Part shown: positions 1-11,435 of the stretch, piece after piece
How the letters are laid out: each line of letters starts with the position of its first letter
How positions within the stretch are numbered: the first letter of the stretch is position 1
The notes under the pieces: model-generated
Database searches by the model: none
What the model saw: the letters and a program-made list of their open reading frames with translations, nothing else
What the model was told of the DNA's origin: nothing
Source: Chlorokybus atmophyticus
Lineage: Eukaryota; Plantae; Mesostigma and Chlorokybus algae
NCBI GenBank assembly: GCA_009103225.1
Contig: RHPI01002204.1
Coordinates: 359,810 to 423,809, forward strand
Length of the DNA stretch: 64,000 nucleotides
Direction of reading: 5' to 3'
Made by a program: the position numbers and the translations under genes

Positions 1-1397
1 TTTGGTTAGAAGTTGTGTTCTATATCAAGTGGGGGTGTCTTTGCAAATAGCATGGATATCACCGTTAGCTTATGTTCCGAATAGTCATAATTGAATTTGT
101 ATAAGTAGTAAGTCGTGGTATTTACCGGATCAGCAGTGGTGACATTGTGAGCGAGAAAGCTAAGAGCTTGTGAAGCGACTTGAACTGCGAACATGCCGTC
201 CCGGTTACCAAGATCCCCTCACCGTGTGAGAGCCTGCATGCTCGTGTGCACCGTGCTTGTCATTGCTGTGGACTTGATGTGCTTAATTGCGGTGTGCTTG
301 GTGGCATTGGTAAGGGCATAGCATCCACGTGTTGCTTGCTCATTCACCTTACTTAACAGTGTAACACATTTTGCACTCGTGCAAAGAACTGTGTAAACAG
401 CACTACCTTCAGTAGTGGCTTGTTGACTCACAATGTCACCCTCTTTGCTCAAATGAGTATGGTTGCATTCTGCACATCAGAAGTGCAGCTTGCAATTGGA
501 TGCATCCTCGTGCATAATTATCACTGTCATCATCACATAGTGCGCACAAGCACTAGTGCGTTAGAGTGGTCGCAGCATTGGGATAGCTTTATAGAGCACA
601 AACATTCTACCCTTCATACACATCCACTATCGCATCAGCTGTATGAGCAGGCCCACCCCGTTCTCGCCAATAGACGAGGGGGACCTCAGCAGCTGGAGCC
701 CAACCTCCAACCTCACCTACGAGCGAGCAAGTGAAGGAAGCAGTTACCGTAGCAGCAGAGGCTCTCACCACGTCTCCGGCTTTACAATCTTCCACTTCAC
801 TTCTCGCCATCCAGGTAATCCACCTCTTTCGGACAGTGACGACGAAGAGATGGAGCCTTCCTAGCTCAACCACCTCCTTGCGCACCTCCGAAGGTGCAGG
901 GACCACTTGATGAGTTCATCATATAGTTCCAATCCAAGATGCGGCAGTAAGCCCTCTGAAACAAGGACCGGTCAGATGAGGTGTCATTCCATATTATGGC
1001 TCACTACCTTCATCAGGCACACGATGTGTGGAAGTCCATTGCTGAGCTGCACAGAGTTGATGGCTATGGCGAGCCTTGCCAGCACCATAGCACCTGCATC
1101 GACGCACAGCCCAGCAGCTGCTGCCCCAACAGCAGTGGTCCCTCCAACCCCGGTCACAGGGCGGGCGTTAGCTGCAGCTATGCAACAGGCGGAGGACGAA
1201 GAAGTCGAGCTGGTTGCCTTGCTAACACCTGCAGAGGTCGAGGTCAGAAAGGCCTACCGACGGACCATAGTGCAAAACCGCACCGCTGCTAGCATCGAGG
1301 CTCAGCGAGCTGAACAACAAGCTGCAGCCTTGGAGACGGGGACACCAGTACCACCAACACCTGGCTTAAACTCCGGCAAGAGGCAGCCTTCTCACAC

Positions 1398-2318
1398 TTG
1401 GCTTTGTGGTGTTGCGCACACCAGCCATCACCATTGGTGCTATTATGTCGGACTCCTCGCAAGGACTTGTACGCTGCACTGCGGCGTACCTTCCCACCCC
1501 AGACCGCCAGCAAGATGAAAGAGTTGAGACGCTTTCGTCGGAAGCCCAACGAGGACCCTCTTCGGCTGTATTCGTGGCTGGAAGGACTACTTAAGGACAT
1601 TGACTACAAGATCGTCATTGAGGAGGCAGCCGCAGTGGTGTACGTGGTTGAGTTGGACCCAACCTTGAGTGAGCGGACGCGCTTGACACCGAACTATAGT
1701 AGATCCCTCGGCTACACCCTCAAGGAAGCTTTCGAGACTGCACAAGCCATTCACAAGCGTGCGGTGTATGAGAAGGCAGTCTTGGACACCAACCGAAGCG
1801 CCTCACGTCCCATGGCAAGCACGAGTGCTGAGGCCCCTCGACGAGACCGCAGTCGGGATGCTCCAGTCACGCGCAACAAGGACAAATGGTCAGCTCATGC
1901 TGCCCTTATCGCTCCAGTGCTGTGCCATCGGTGTGGTCACTATGAGCACTACTAAAAGGAGTGCACCGAAGATTATGGCAACCTTGTGTGCGACTACTGC
2001 CACAACACCGCACACTTGGAGGCGGTATGCTGGTTTAGATTCCCAGAGCTGCGGCCCTCTATTGGCTACAACAACAGCAACAACGCTGGTGGCTATTGCA
2101 GCAACAACAACAACAACAACAGCGGGGGCTACAACAATGGCAACAACGCTGGTAGTTACAACAACGGCAACAACGCTGCCGGCGCTCGAAAAAAGGAGAC
2201 TGGCTACAGAGGGATCAACCGCCCTCTACAGCGCAAGGGACCCGAGGGACGTCCTCGCGCTGGAGCTGCTGTCAAAGCATCAGTTCACTTGCTGTCGATC
2301 AAATCGCGACCCTCATAG
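1398..2318 (+). pseudogene. Gypsy gag: capsid-like region, two CCHC zinc knuckles, G/Y/N-rich repeat
   Basis: CHRCGHYEHY*KEC (~1922-1964, in-frame stop) and CDYCHNTAHLEAVC (~1988-2029) knuckles. Upstream LRRFRRKPNEDPLRLYSWLEGLL is capsid-like. Confidence 0.8.
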
Positions 2319-2845
2319 CACGAGTGGCCCAGCTGGAAGAAAACAAGGAGCAAAAGTATTAAGCCTGCTACGTTGCCCGATGGGCATTGATGGCACCGAA
2401 GCGCGAAAGAGACACCCCCACGCCTTCGCGTGTTCAACCATGAAGACGTGCGCGCGGTAGCAGCTACTGAGCGCGGTATGCCTGCAGCCCATGCCATAGT
2501 GTCACCACTGGACCGATGTGGACACAGAGCCCACAGCCACGTGGAAAGGGACATTAGTCAGAGAGGCAGCTCATGCTGTCCAATGGACCTACGCCGCAGA
2601 GCAAGCAAAACGCGATGCAGGCCCGCAAACACCGGGTTTGCCGGGCTTTCCTCCACAACCATTAGGGATGCCGCCAAGCATCATGCCACCCTCTCTGCGG
2701 CGGCATCCACCATCACCTCCAGCACAGCCAGCACCAGAACCCCTAGCGCAAAGGCCTCCCCGTGTACCAACCACCACGACAAGCTCAATTTGGCAGAGGG
2801 CGAGGATAAGGAGGGGGTCCTCAAGACCCAGCTGGCAAATGAGCT

Positions 2846-3420
2846 TTGGCTGCGATGCACTCAGCACCTCCAGCTGGGAGACATGAGGCACCGGTGCCGA
2901 CAGCTTGCACTAAGAGGCTACGCATCAACGCCAACGCTGCCATGGTAGCCAACCAAGGCAAGCATGTGACCATCAACGGCCAAGCACCCAAGCGGGTGAA
3001 ACTGGACACCGGAGCACAGGCAGTCATCATTGGGCGCTTCCTCGCGCGGTCCCTTAGCATCACCAGCTTGGATCTAATGCCCTGCCTATACGTATTAGAC
3101 ACAACGGGGAGCCATGACAAGGTGATGGGGGGGGTCACCAAGGAGGCCTTCTGCATTCAGCTAATATGGCTGGACCCAACTCACACCACAGAGGTCGTTC
3201 AGCAATGCGTGGTCACCAACGCTGGCTCTTTCGATTTTCTTCTTAGACAGGACTTCAACTTCCCCGTGGGCATGGGCCTTAACTGCTGGACACAGCGGGC
3301 TTGGTTCCGGCCACATTGGGATAAAGATGATGGAGAGGTGCAGGGCTTCTTGCCTTTCAAGTTGGTGTCACGCACGCGCGCCCAGCTGAAAGTGGCAGCA
3401 GCAGCCATTGGCAGTCATGT
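2846..3420 (+). pseudogene. Gypsy aspartic protease
   Basis: VKLDTGAQAVIIG catalytic motif and downstream FDFLLRQDF (a DxLLG-like motif). Confidence 0.85.
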
Positions 3421-3736
3421 GCGCACACGGGAGGTTGCATCAGCCACATATAACAGCGCCCGCACAAGAGTTATTGCCGTTGCCGCAGCCGCTTGCCGCA
3501 TAGACGACTCCGCTCCCATTCCTTACACTGAGGAACAGGAGGATGCCACTATTGAGGTGGCATTACAAGACCCGGCCGAACGCCGTTGGCGTGCACAGGT
3601 GGACGCGCACCTTTTACTGACCCAGCCACTTATCACTTCGCGCTTCGACAACTACAAGGGACACGGCAAGGTGCAAGACCAGCATATGGTAGCCACCGGA
3701 GTTGTGGAGTTTTTTACCTTTCAGCGGCAGCAGAGC

Positions 3737-4653
3737 ATCACGGTGTTGAAACTATTCGAAGGCATTGGCAGTGGTGTCGCTACGGTCCTCAATACAGGTG
3801 TTAAAGTCACCAGGTATTATTATTATTGCGACTGTAACCCGCACGCTCAAACAGCCCTTAAGCACCATCTGAGTCAACTGCACGAGCGCTACCCACAACA
3901 ATTGCCCTCGTCGGCACTGCAAGGCAGCCTCAAGACATTGCCACTAGACATCCAACTGATCACAAAGGACCACTTGCTGTCCCTCGGCAACTTTAATCTG
4001 TTGGTAGCTGGATGGGAGTGCCAAGGACACTTCAGGGCAGGATAAGGATAAGGCCTCAACGACCCTCGCTCAGGTCTGTTTTGGGAGTTGATGAAAGTCA
4101 TCCACCTCCTCTAATAGCATAAGATCTCCAGGCCACTAGGGAACGTTATCAAAAACGTGCACTTAAAGGGCGACAAGCGTCCCCATGTAGCCTCCACCTA
4201 CCGGCAGGTTGAGGCCATGCTTGTGCATCCACTTAAGGTGAACGCAGTGCGCCATGGTTGCCGTGCACATCGTGTGCGCGTCAAGTGGACAAACTTGGCC
4301 ACCACAGAAGAGCTAATGACAGCAGAGTACACGCGCAGCACACGGCCACGCAACCTCGTGGTCAATGACATCCTTGACCCCGATTGTAAAGCCCAACCTG
4401 TCATGCGTCTTGACCACAGCCACTCCTACCAGTGTAAACAACCTGGCCAAACGCGTACTTCCCACTTTGGTGTCCCACCCAGGGTCATCCCTTCCACAAT
4501 GGAGGCGATGGCATGGTGTTCGACACCACGACGGGCAAGATGAAAGAATCTAGTGCACGTGAGCGCAAGCGCGCCAGGGGCTTCTTTCCCAACAATATCG
4601 CAGGGAAACCGCTGACCGACAATCAGCAATGTGAGCTGCTCGGCCGTGCCATG
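3737..4653 (+). pseudogene. C5 cytosine DNA methyltransferase domain embedded in Gypsy pol
   Basis: Motif I LFEGIG (3752-3769). Motif IV LLVAGWECQ (Cys 4019-4021), followed by GLNDPRSGLFWEL. Motif VI degenerate KNV (4151). Motif VIII AHRVRVKWTNL. Motifs IX/X RERKRARGF and QQCELLGRAM (~4558-4653, after a frameshift). Several in-frame stops. Confidence 0.9.
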
Positions 4654-4981
4654 AACCAAAGCAGCATGGTCTGCTTGAGCTGAGTTTTGTGTTGTAGGAC
4701 CGCCATGTGTTCTTCGAGGATCTCAAACACCTGGCTGAGGAGTGGGCTGATCGCGATGCAGATACCAAGGCAGCTCACACAGCCCTTGAGGTGGCTCACA
4801 GAGAAGAGCAAGCAGCAATGATAGTAGAAGACATCCCCGTGGTTGCCAACGCAACTGTTAAACACTGAGCTAGAGGTGGCCAACTACAGCATACACATGC
4901 ACCGGAACATACACATAAGGCTTGCAAAGGGGTTTCACCAGGGGTTTCATCAAGGCTCCTGTCGAGGTGCTCTGTCTCACT

Positions 4982-5487
4982 TGTTAAACACTGAGCTAGC
5001 GCTGGCCAACTACAGCATACACATGCACTAGAACATACACACAAGGCGTGCACACAAGGCTTGCAAAGGGGTTTCACCCGAACCAACAACTTGTTAATGC
5101 TGTTGGCTTTGATATCAGCCCGACTACACATGTCTACTTTAGCAAGCACCGCGTGAGCTATACTCAGCTGATTGCCAATATGTAAGCTTAGCTCTCTAGC
5201 TTACAGCCAAAGCTTTCCAACAAGCTAAGCCACGTCTTTCAAGGCTAAGTATACGCGGAGTTCTCGCCGTTCTCCTAAGGCGTTGGCTGCGTCAGGCTGC
5301 GCCAGTCTCATGAGCAAGTCCGGAGTCTCCTGCTTGGTCATACTTCGCGTAGTGGACTCGATATCCGCTCAGACTCTTGACTGATCGATATCAGCTCATA
5401 CTAGTAGCAGTATCTCTAAGGCTCATGCCTTAGCCAATTCACAAGCTGACTGGAGTGAGCAGTGTGCAAGACATGCTCATGCTAACA
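4982..5487 (-). repeat. Copia 3' LTR (506 bp)
   Basis: TGTTA...TAACA termini; aligns along its length with 16243-16749. Confidence 0.95.
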
Positions 5488-5665
5488 CTCCCACGCAGGC
5501 AGCTTAGTAGACTCTAAGTCCTACAGTGCAGTCATGGAACTTCTTCGTCACGAAAGGCTTGGTCATGCAGTTAGCCAGGATCTCCTCCGTGTTGCAGTAC
5601 TTGAACGCCACCTCGTTCCTTACCACACGCTCACACACAAAGTGGTGAATCACGTCAATGTGCTT

Positions 5666-7297
5666 TTACCGGACTGAAGCAATCGGTTGCTTTAACAGCT
5701 TGATTGCGCCTTGGTTGTCGCAGTTGATGCTGATGCAGCTTACAGGGTAGCATAAGTCCACCATCAGCTTCTTCAACCACAATGCCTCCTTCATTGCCGA
5801 TGAGGCAGCCATGTACTCCGCCTCTGCTATCGAGGCAGCCACGGTAGGTTGCAGCTTATTGTTCCAACTAACAACTCCACCATTGATCAGGAACACGTAT
5901 CCAATAGTTGACCTCCTCGTGTCGAGGTCCCCAGCGTAGTCAGCGTCACAGTAGCCCTCCAACTCCTTGTCTCCAGCACCAGCTCCCTCTCCAAAGTGAA
6001 TGCCCACGCTTGTGCTCCCCTCACATAACGCAGCAACTCCTTTGCAGCTCTCCAATGCTCCATGGTGGGTGCTAACAGTGTAGCGTGAAAGCACTCCCAC
6101 AGCATGTGCGATGTCTGGCCTAGTGCTCACGGACATGTAAAGCATACTCCCAACCAACTCACAGTAAGGGAACTTGCTGCTTCTGTCGAGGTGCTCTGTC
6201 TCACTCATTGCTCGCTGCAGCTTGGCTCCCACGGACATGGGTATCACCTTGTCTTTGGCGTCTCCCATCGTAAAGTTCTCCACAACCCTTCACGCCATCA
6301 ACTCCTGGCTAATCTTGGCTGTCTTGTTGTCTTTGTCCCTCTCAATCACCATGCTCGGAAACAGCTTTGCCTCTCCTAAGTCCCTCATGTTGCAGGCAGA
6401 CTTGAGAGTTGTCTTCACCTCCTCCAAATCCTTCAGCTTCTTCGCAGCAGCCATAATGTCGTCGACGTAGACCAACAGCAAGATCTTCTTCTCCTTGTGC
6501 GTGAAGAGTCCAGGATCAGCTTCAGAAGGTGTGAAGCCAATCTTCTTCTCCAACTCCTTGGTGAGCCGGATGTGCCATAAACTTTGCGCTTGCTTAAGCC
6601 CATACAATGCCTTTACAAGTCTGCAAGCAGTGCCTGGTCCTCCCTCCTCATAGCCCTTGGGTTGCTGCATGTAGATCTCCTCCTCCAACTCTTCGTAGAG
6701 GAATGCAGTCTTCACATCCAAGTGGTGTAGCTCCCAATCTTCAGCTACCACAAGTGCAAACGTGGTGCGAAAGGTTACAAGCTTACTAGCAGGGGCGAAC
6801 ACCTCATCAAAGTCAATGCCCTCTTGCTGCAAGTACCCCTTCACCACCAATCGTGCCTTGTATCTCTCGATGCGGCCTTGCCCATTGCGCTTGATCTTGG
6901 ACACCCATTTCACCGGTAAGAGCTTCACTTCAAATGGGACCTTCTCCAGCCTCCATGTGCCGTTGGCATGCAAGGATGCTATCTCCTCGTCCATTGCATG
7001 CTGCCCCAGCTCTGTGTCTAGGACTGTCATTGCCTCCTCATATGTGGTAGGCTCCTCCTCCTTGGATGATGCTGCCAAGCTTTTGAAGCGTTCTTCCTTA
7101 AGTCCCGTGCTCCTCAGCATGTACCTGGGCTCCTCCTGGACCTCCACAGCTTCTTCCTCCGAAGCTTGTTGCTGACTGACGGCTGGTGTCTGTAGTTTGG
7201 TCCTCAGGGTGCGATATGTTGATTGGTGACTCCTCCATGTTGGGGTCCTCCTCCTCAACAACCTTTGGGACATCACCTGTGATGCCTTCCTCCACAA
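5666..7297 (-). pseudogene. Copia reverse transcriptase and RNase H (frameshifted)
   Basis: RYKARLVVKGYLQ, HHLDVKTAFL, LYGLKQA, LLVYVDD; RNase H LEGYCDADYAGDLDTRRST and INCDNQGAIKL. Confidence 0.95.
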
Positions 7298-7991
7298 AAA
7301 TTACATCCCTACTCACCACCACGTTGTTGTCTTCCAGTAGCACGCGGTAGGCCTTTGAGTTGAACTCATAGCCAATGAACACGCCCTTCTTGCTCTTGGG
7401 CGCCAGCTTCTTTTGCAGCTGCTTGGGGATAAGATTATACGGTGTAGAGCTGAAAACCTTTAACATAGAGATGTCTGGCCTTTGCTTGGTAAAAAGCTCC
7501 CACGGTTTCTTCGATGGAGATGCTTCCACTGAACGATTGCGCGCATACGCTGCAGTAAGCAATGCATCTCCCCACCTATGGTCTTGCATTTTTGCCACCC
7601 ACCAGTCCACCAGCATTGCTCTGACTTTCTCCAACATGGTTCTGTTAAGCCTCTCAGCTGCTCCGTTCTGCTGCGGGGTGTAGGGTGCCGTGTATCGGTG
7701 CGTAATCCCGTGCTCGGCCAATCAGGTCTTCAGCTCCTTGCTGATGTATTCTCCACCTCTATCTGATCGCACTGTTACCACCTTCTTTTCTAACTGTTTC
7801 TCCATCAGGGTGAGTACCTTCCTCAGCTGTGCCGACACTTCCGACTTCAAATGCAGGGGCACCACCACCGCAACCTTGCTGTAGTCACCCAGGAATGTAC
7901 AAAAATACCTGTACCTTCAGCAGTTCCAACAGGCAGTGGTCCGCATACATCAGAGTGTACCAGCTGCAGAGGCTTGGTTGTCACACTCTGT
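7098..7991 (-). pseudogene. Copia integrase catalytic core
   Basis: LQLVHSDVCGP, YTAPYTPQQNGAAERLNRT, GVFIGYE. Confidence 0.95.
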
Positions 7992-8830
7992 CACACGGAT
8001 TGACGTTCAAGGATCAGGTATGGTCTTTTCACGGACCCCCAGGACCATGCATGGTCCGTATCCCGCGGGCCAGGACTGCCTGGTCCGCGGGGGACGGACC
8101 ATGCATGGTCCGTTCGGGGTCCCGAATCCTAGTGCGCAGTCACGCACCAGATGTGGTGCGTGGCTGGACCAGACATATTACCGGTCCTACTGGCCGCGAA
8201 AGACTGGACCATACACGGTCTGCAGCCGGACCAGGCATATTGCCGGTGCGACTGTCAATGGGTGTACGGACCATGCGTGGTCTGGACCACAACAATGTCG
8301 GACCATATGTGTTGCGGTGAATGAAATCGATGGGACTGGTCCGAACCACATTGATTGGGCGGACCGTTGCTGGTGCACGCTCAGCTTATCGGTCATTTTG
8401 GACAAGCAGCACGCACCATACATGGTCTGCCGCCTTAACAAGCTCTTACTGGTCCAAATGCTAACAAGTTGTGGACCATTCATGGTCCTTAAGCTAACCA
8501 GGCAGCTATTGGTCCAAATTGTCGTATACTTGCGGACCGTATATGGTCCTTGACTTAACCAAGCTCTTCCTGGTCCGAAGGTCTGGGAGAGTACGGACCA
8601 TGCGTGGTTCTAGGTTGGTCCGCAGAACAGTGATTGGGACCATCGCTGATGCACGCTCAGCTCCTTGACAGTCGCACCATGCATGATGCGACTGTCAAGG
8701 GTAAGTCTTCATGGCAGCCTCTAGTAACCGTCGATCCAAGCTTATCGAACGGTGTGCAGTTACTCCATAGAGTCAAGCACCTTGCATGGTGCGACTGTCA
8801 ACTCACGTGCATGGGCTCAGAGTACCGTGG
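7992..8830. repeat. Left subterminal array of GGACCATGCATGGTCC-type palindromes
   Basis: Perfect copies at 8042-8057 and 8096-8111, plus many degenerate GGACC/GGTCC copies. Confidence 0.9.
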
Positions 8831-8958
8831 TTTGTGCAGTAGGGTTTTACCGCTCAGTGAGGTGGCGCCGGCGGAGGGAGCAGGCGGCGGCGCTCTTGTT
8901 GGTGGCGGCGGCGGCGGCCTCTTAGCGGTGTACTTAGTGGCGGAATGCTGGCGTAATA

Positions 8959-9664
8959 TCAATGGCAGGCAAAAAAGCTGTCAAGTTTGCCAGGGACATT
9001 AGTACCAAGCTGGGAATCAACTTGCATGGCGTTGGGCTCACGTTGTTGCCCGTGTACGGAATTGATGTAAGCTGCCACATTGCCAGTGCGGGGGTGGCCA
9101 TCGATAACAACCTGATATTTGTAGGGGTTTTTTGGCGGGAACAGGTTGACGTGATATCGTCTGTGGTGTTGAAAGCCGGTTGTTAGCTGGCAACTGCGGA
9201 AGACATCCCGCTGCTCCTGGTATGTGAACCATTTGCCGTCGTATGGCATCAGGTACTCCTCTGCAAAGTTGCACACAGGTCATCAGTTATAAGCACAGGT
9301 GTATACACAAACACATCGCGTATACACGTGCACGCACCATTCGCTATGTCCTGGCGGGCAAACAGTCCCCGTCCAACACCAATGATTGTGGAGTTCTTGA
9401 TCTCCCAGTCGTGCAGGTGATACTTGAACTCCTCTTTGACCGGAATGCTTGTGGATGCTTTCACATCCTTCAAATAGTTCAGCCGCCACAGCTGGTGCTT
9501 GTCTCCAGCTCCACGATGGATGAGCTTCAGGTTGGGAATCTCATTGTCAGTCTGTTTGAAGCAGTGGTCAGTTGCAATGCTTTGAGAGCCACACAGATGA
9601 CAGTCTTGCTTGACAGTCCTCAACACTCATGACAGATGACAGTCTTGCTTGACAGTTCTCTAAG

Positions 9665-9698
<34 letters not shown>

Positions 9699-9940
9699 AA
9701 TTCACGACATATGCTTACCCTCAAGATGTCGTCCGACAGGTTGGGTGGCTGTGTGGTGCCCGTGGAACTGTAGCGTTTCACTTCAAACCTCTGCATCTCA
9801 TAAAGAGCTGCACGGAACTCTTCTTTGGGATCCACCGCAGGTCCTTTGCCGCGTTGCTGTGCGGAGGATTTACGCAATGATGGACTTGTTGAGACATCTG
9901 CAGTCTCCTCCGAGTCTGCCTCCTCGCTTCCTTCCGGCTT

Positions 9941-9991
<51 letters not shown>

Positions 9992-10870
9992 CTCCGTTTG
10001 CTCCTCTTCCACCTCCAACTGCGTATTGCGAGGCCAAAAGATATATTGCCTTGACAGCCGTCCCGCTTCGTCCCACAGTTCTTGCGTTTGTAACCTTGGG
10101 TAAGTAAGAATGCCGCGATAATTGGTGTACAAATGCACTCACCCATCCTGGGATGGCCATGACTTTTGCCATTTTGTAGTACTTCAGCACCGCGACATGT
10201 GGGTGAGGGTGGGCCGGGAATTGATCCTTCTGCAATACGCTGCTGGTGAGTTTCTCATGCAATGGGACATGTTACGCAAATGTAAGTTGATAACTAGGCT
10301 GATAGAACAAATTAACATCATGCATAGCAAGTGACATGCACAGGATCCCAGCAGCGACTGTCAATGCGATGCGCGATGCCTTAGCACAGAGCATTGACAG
10401 CCTATGCATGTCGTAAACAATCTTAATTGTTGAACGTTCTTACCTTGATGACTTGCTGGTATTGAAGCCCCATAGCCTTGCACACATCCTGGTCCTCCCT
10501 ACCGCCCCGGTTGTTGATCATGCGCACGCATCGGCACACCTGCGTGTTGAAGTGCTGTCCGATTTTGGTGGGCTTGGTCTCTCCCCCAGTTGGTTGACCC
10601 CTTGCATCACGGTGACCAGCTTGCACATTGCATGCAGAATGGGCAGCCCCAAATAAACGGCGCCCCTGTGGACGCCCGCCTTCGTTCCATGATGTCCAAC
10701 TGCCTGGCAATCCTTCTCCTAGCGACTGTCTTGTACAACTCCTCACAGCTCCGCACACCTCTCCTCGCTTCACCCTGCGCCCTGAGCTACACCCACACCC
10801 ACAACCACAACCACCACAACCACCACAACCACAACAATAGCAAACTATACTAGGGAGACCATGCAATGGC
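8959..10870 (-). CDS. Spliced cargo gene ending in a SET-like domain (C-terminal SET part not found; 5' end uncertain)
   Basis: WEIKNSTIIGVGRGLFARQDIAN, then GT-AG intron 9337-9261, then EEYLMPYDGK...VIDGHPRTGNVAAYINS...PNA. Upstream putative exons are bounded by GT/AG and include a polyQ tract (~9942-9985). Confidence 0.65.
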
Positions 10871-11435
10871 TATATACGCCGCCAACCTCCCGTCCAATCT
10901 ATGATGTCCCATCAATGACAGCCGCCAAGTTGGTGAGTCCCTAGCCCTACCACTGCTAACCCTTAACAGCCGCCTTATAAATTCTACGCAATTTGTTGCT
11001 AGCAGTGCGTTTGGCGTCGATTCGACGTCCAATAAATGACAACCCCCAGATATAAGGTGAGTATAGGGATTGACAGCCGCGTCGCTAGCTTTGTGAGTTT
11101 CATTGACTGTGTCGCACTGCATTTGGCACTGCACAATTGCGGCTTGTGCGGCGGTCACAATGCTTGTGCGGCTCGTGCGACTGTCCATATGGAACACAGT
11201 AGGACTTGACAGTCCTAGTCAGTGAGTAGTGAGTTCGCTTGCGAGTTTGCATGCGCCATGGTTGTGTGTTGCTTGAAAAATTGCATTAGTCGTTTGTGGT
11301 TTGCTGCTTGAGCTGTCAGCGCTTACCTAAAAGGTGTTTGTTTTGCTTTGAAGCTTGCATGCCTTGTTGATTGTGCGCTGAGTCACTGTCTGTGCACTAA
11401 GTTCGGTTGCTTGTTCAGGCTGTTCAGCTGACATT

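Noticed and set aside
1-640. Possible 5' LTR/PBS of the Gypsy element (G-run followed by TGT near position 30-40)
   Set aside because: No matching copy was found after the putative PPT at ~20331-20345 and there is no convincing PBS, so the LTRs are not called.
7829-8553. Long ORFs (7829-8320, 7936-8553) rich in MVR/GP/TMHG
   Set aside because: They are translations of the subterminal GGACCATGCATGGTCC repeat array, not proteins.
8040-8640. CRISPR-like array of palindromic repeats
   Set aside because: Repeat spacing and sequence are irregular, the context is eukaryotic, there are no cas genes, and transposon subterminal repeats explain it.
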